A stretch of 64,000 nt of DNA, taken from NCBI GenBank assembly GCA_963811105.1, contig CAWEPZ010000013.1, positions 128,001 to 192,000 of the forward strand, in the 5' to 3' direction. Position 1 is the stretch's first letter. Each line of letters opens with the position of its first letter. Below, in pieces: positions 61,095-64,000 of this stretch. Source of the DNA: Candidatus Bathyarchaeota archaeon (lineage in GTDB: Archaea; Thermoproteota; Bathyarchaeia; Bathyarchaeales; Bathycorpusculaceae). Below the pieces are notes generated by a model. It had not been told where the DNA came from. It did not search any database and worked only from the letters and a program-made list of their open reading frames with translations. The position numbers and the translations under genes are program-made.

Positions 61095-63629
61095 ATGGAG
61101 AAGAAATTTGTTTCCGTGGGAATAATGATGCTTCTGTTGTCAAGTATGATGTTTGTGGCATTTGAAATTCATCCAGCAAAAGCTTCAGGGCAAATTGCGG
61201 CGCCAGATGATATCACCGAGACTATAACGCTCAAGGCCGCGACTGCCTGGTATTGGACATCGACGACAAGCATCAAAACGGTTGCCTGCACAGACATAAA
61301 CGGTGATGGACAGACCGAGATAATTACAGGCGGCTCCTTCTTTGACGGCGCACGCAACATAGCGCAACTAGTGGTATGGAATAGCACCAGTCTCGCAGCA
61401 GAGAAAATTACAAGCTGGCACTGGACAGGAAACACTACAATCAACTCCCTAGCTGCAGGAGACGTCAACGGGGATGGCAAAACCGAAATTGTCACCGGCG
61501 GATACTATTTCGATGGAACCCGCCAAGTTGCTCAGCTGGTTGTATGGAATGGCTCCAGCTTGGCTGCTGAGAAAATCCAAACTTGGTATTGGACTGGCAA
61601 CACTGTCATCAATTCGGTGGCTTTGGGCGATGTTGACGGTGATGGTCAAGTGGAAATCGTTACAGGCGGATACTACAATGATGGTGCACGCAATGTGGCA
61701 CAACTTATTGAATGGAACGGGCTTAATCTATCCGTTGATCGCTTATCGGGCTGGTATTGGACAGGTAATACCGTCATTAACTCAGTTGCTGTCGGCGATG
61801 TGGATAATGATGGTCAAGTGGAGATCGTTACAGGCGGATTTTACTTTGATGGAACACGCCTCGTTGCCCAGCTGATTGAGTGGACTGGAACGAATCTGGC
61901 AGTTGATAGGCTAACGTCTTGGTATTGGACAGGCAGCACAGTGATCAATTCAGTCGCGATAGGAGATGTTGATAATGATGGACAGACCGAGATAATCACG
62001 GGCGGCTCCTTCTTTGATGGCACACGCAACAATGCGCAGCTTGTGGTTTGGGCAGGATCCAATTTGTCAGTTGATCGGCTAACAGCTTGGTATTGGACAG
62101 GCAACACAGTCATCAATTCAGTTGCGTTAGGCGATGTTGACGGTGATGGCCAGATGGAGATTATTACCGGCGGGTCCTATTTTGATGGCACACGAAATAA
62201 TGCACAGTATGTCGTTTGGAGTGGCTCAAACTTGTCGGTTGAGAGTGCTAAGAACTGGTTCTGGACAAGTGATACTGTCATCAATTCGGTGGTTGCGGGG
62301 GATGTTAATGGAGACTTTTCAGCCGAGATAATTGCGGGCGGGGCGTACCATGATGGCACGCGTTTGAGTGCTCAGCTTACGGTGTGGGGTGTTGTTCAAA
62401 ATTATGTTCCAGCTTACAAGGTATATGGGTTAGATTTTAGCCCTTACAATAGAGATGGGCAAGATCCCAATAGTGGAACAGTGATTACTGAGGCGCAGAT
62501 AAGAGAATTATTGACAACGGTTAAACCGTATACTAATTGGGTGCGGACTTTTGGGTGTTCAAGCGGTCTTGAGGTGGCTGGTCGAGTAGCTCATGAGTTA
62601 GGTTTGAAGGCGGCTGTTGGAGCTTGGATTGGCAGTGATCTTTCTGCTAATGAAGGAGAAATTTCTAAGCTTATAAGCATCGGTAAAGCGGGTGAAGCGG
62701 ATATGTTAATAGTCGGCAGTGAAGTTCTGCTGCGTGGAGATGTTACAGAAACTCAGCTGATAGAGTACATCAACAGAGTAAAAGTTGCTGTTCCTGGAAT
62801 CCAAGTTGCAACAGCTGACGTTTATGGCGAACTTCTAGCACACCCAGCCGTGGTAGCTGCTGGCGATGTGGTCTTGCCCAATTTTTATCCTTACTGGGAA
62901 GGAGTAAACGTGACCTATGCTGTTGCCCATGTTAATGTTTGGTATAATGAAATAGTGTCAGCGGCTGGAGGGAAACCTGTTTTTGTTTCAGAGTCAGGTT
63001 GGCCAAGCAGTGGCAACCAGATTGGAGATGCTGTTGCGTCGCCCGAGAACGCTGCCTTTTACTTTTTGAATTTCGTCTCTTGGGCAAGGGCAAAGAATGT
63101 GCCTTTCTTATACTTTGAAGCTTTCGATGAACCCTGGAAAGCAGCTTCCGAGGGACCTCAAGGTGCCCATTGGGGCGTTTGGGACAAAGACGAAAACCTC
63201 AAAGCAGGAATGAAAGACGTGTTTGACAACAAAACAATCAGTGATAACTGGAGCGGCGACGGAACAATTGCAGGACCTGGAAACGCCACCATCCAATTTA
63301 TCTACGTACCACCATATGGAAGCTTTGACAACCTTAAAGGACAGGTTCTACACGTAAAACCTGCTAATTACAATGTAGCTGTATTCATCAAAGTTGGGTC
63401 AGGATGGTGGACAAAACCGCTCTTCTCCAATCCACTAACCTTCATAAATCCTGACGGAAGCTGGGTTTGCGACGTTACAACTGGAACAAATGATCAAACC
63501 GCCACTGAATTTGCTGCCTATCTGCTCCCTGTCGGCTATAACCCCCCACTAAGCAGCGGACAAAGCACATTACCTGCAGAGCTTGACCAGAACGCAGCCG
63601 CCAAATGCCAAACCACTCGAACGCCATAG
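61095..63629 (+). CDS. Secreted FG-GAP-like 7-repeat propeller + GH17 beta-1,3-glucanase-like domain + C-terminal accessory domain
   Basis: 7x WYWTGNTVINSVA.GDVD.DGQ.EI.TGG; GH17 motifs DFSPY, VRTF, VGSEVLLRGD, SESGWPS, YFEAFDEPWK. Confidence 0.9.
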   Translation: MEKKFVSVGIMMLLLSSMMFVAFEIHPAKASGQIAAPDDITETITLKAATAWYWTSTTSIKTVACTDINGDGQTEIITGGSFFDGARNIAQLVVWNSTSLAAEKITSWHWTGNTTINSLAAGDVNGDGKTEIVTGGYYFDGTRQVAQLVVWNGSSLAAEKIQTWYWTGNTVINSVALGDVDGDGQVEIVTGGYYNDGARNVAQLIEWNGLNLSVDRLSGWYWTGNTVINSVAVGDVDNDGQVEIVTGGFYFDGTRLVAQLIEWTGTNLAVDRLTSWYWTGSTVINSVAIGDVDNDGQTEIITGGSFFDGTRNNAQLVVWAGSNLSVDRLTAWYWTGNTVINSVALGDVDGDGQMEIITGGSYFDGTRNNAQYVVWSGSNLSVESAKNWFWTSDTVINSVVAGDVNGDFSAEIIAGGAYHDGTRLSAQLTVWGVVQNYVPAYKVYGLDFSPYNRDGQDPNSGTVITEAQIRELLTTVKPYTNWVRTFGCSSGLEVAGRVAHELGLKAAVGAWIGSDLSANEGEISKLISIGKAGEADMLIVGSEVLLRGDVTETQLIEYINRVKVAVPGIQVATADVYGELLAHPAVVAAGDVVLPNFYPYWEGVNVTYAVAHVNVWYNEIVSAAGGKPVFVSESGWPSSGNQIGDAVASPENAAFYFLNFVSWARAKNVPFLYFEAFDEPWKAASEGPQGAHWGVWDKDENLKAGMKDVFDNKTISDNWSGDGTIAGPGNATIQFIYVPPYGSFDNLKGQVLHVKPANYNVAVFIKVGSGWWTKPLFSNPLTFINPDGSWVCDVTTGTNDQTATEFAAYLLPVGYNPPLSSGQSTLPAELDQNAAAKCQTTRTP

Positions 63630-64000
63630 ACAAGCAGAAAAAGTTGAAGCAAAAATATCCGTTAACCTTTCTTTGCTTTCTCTCTTTACGGAATAGTTCC
63701 GCACTCATTTTAAATGTTGATGTCACCATTCTCCACGTACTTCTTCCCTTTTTCTTTCAACCAAGTTCCAAAAAACCCGCTTGTTTGTCTGGGTTACTTT
63801 TGATTTTAGGAGATTTATGGGGAAGAATACATTAGAAATAGCACATATGAAAGGAAAAGCTATTCCAGAAGCCCCTTTATTCTGTTTCCTTCTTTTTTCG
63901 AAGAATTAAGTTAATATTTAAGATTGGGAAGCAGTCCGTTTGGTTTAGCACTCTTTTTTAGATGTCGACATGAAATTCTATGCTTTTTGTTTTCTTTTTT

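Overview
AT-rich archaeal accessory region. The lineage is most likely Bathyarchaeia; this is inferred from the TFIIB paralog, REC-PAS-HisKA kinases, archaeal wHTH regulators and integrase-tail style, and was not checked by a search. I found no rRNA, complete tRNA, CRISPR array or intact transposase. Layout: (1) 1-13.5 kb holds signalling and transcription genes (hybrid kinase, several wHTH/PadR/TrmB-like regulators, a divergent TFB, an Ig-rich surface protein) plus small pseudogenes. (2) 17.7-19.1 kb is tatA-tatC. (3) 19.3-43.6 kb is a cluster of secreted multidomain enzymes/adhesins and glycosyltransferases. (4) 43.8-64 kb is a mosaic that starts at an integrase remnant and carries tRNA-like fragments, a dispersed ~31-bp repeat, a three-hydrolase operon and an FG-GAP/GH17 protein. 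The main finding is that four otherwise unrelated secreted proteins (Kelch/GH43-like/Ig, beta-helix, subtilase/PQQ, alpha/alpha-barrel glycosidase-like) end in the same ~75-aa non-transmembrane domain (SGGSGYTTP...[34 protein letters not shown]). In two of the four it is hidden by frameshifts. It is a candidate undescribed C-terminal sorting/docking system. All family assignments come from motifs recognised by eye.
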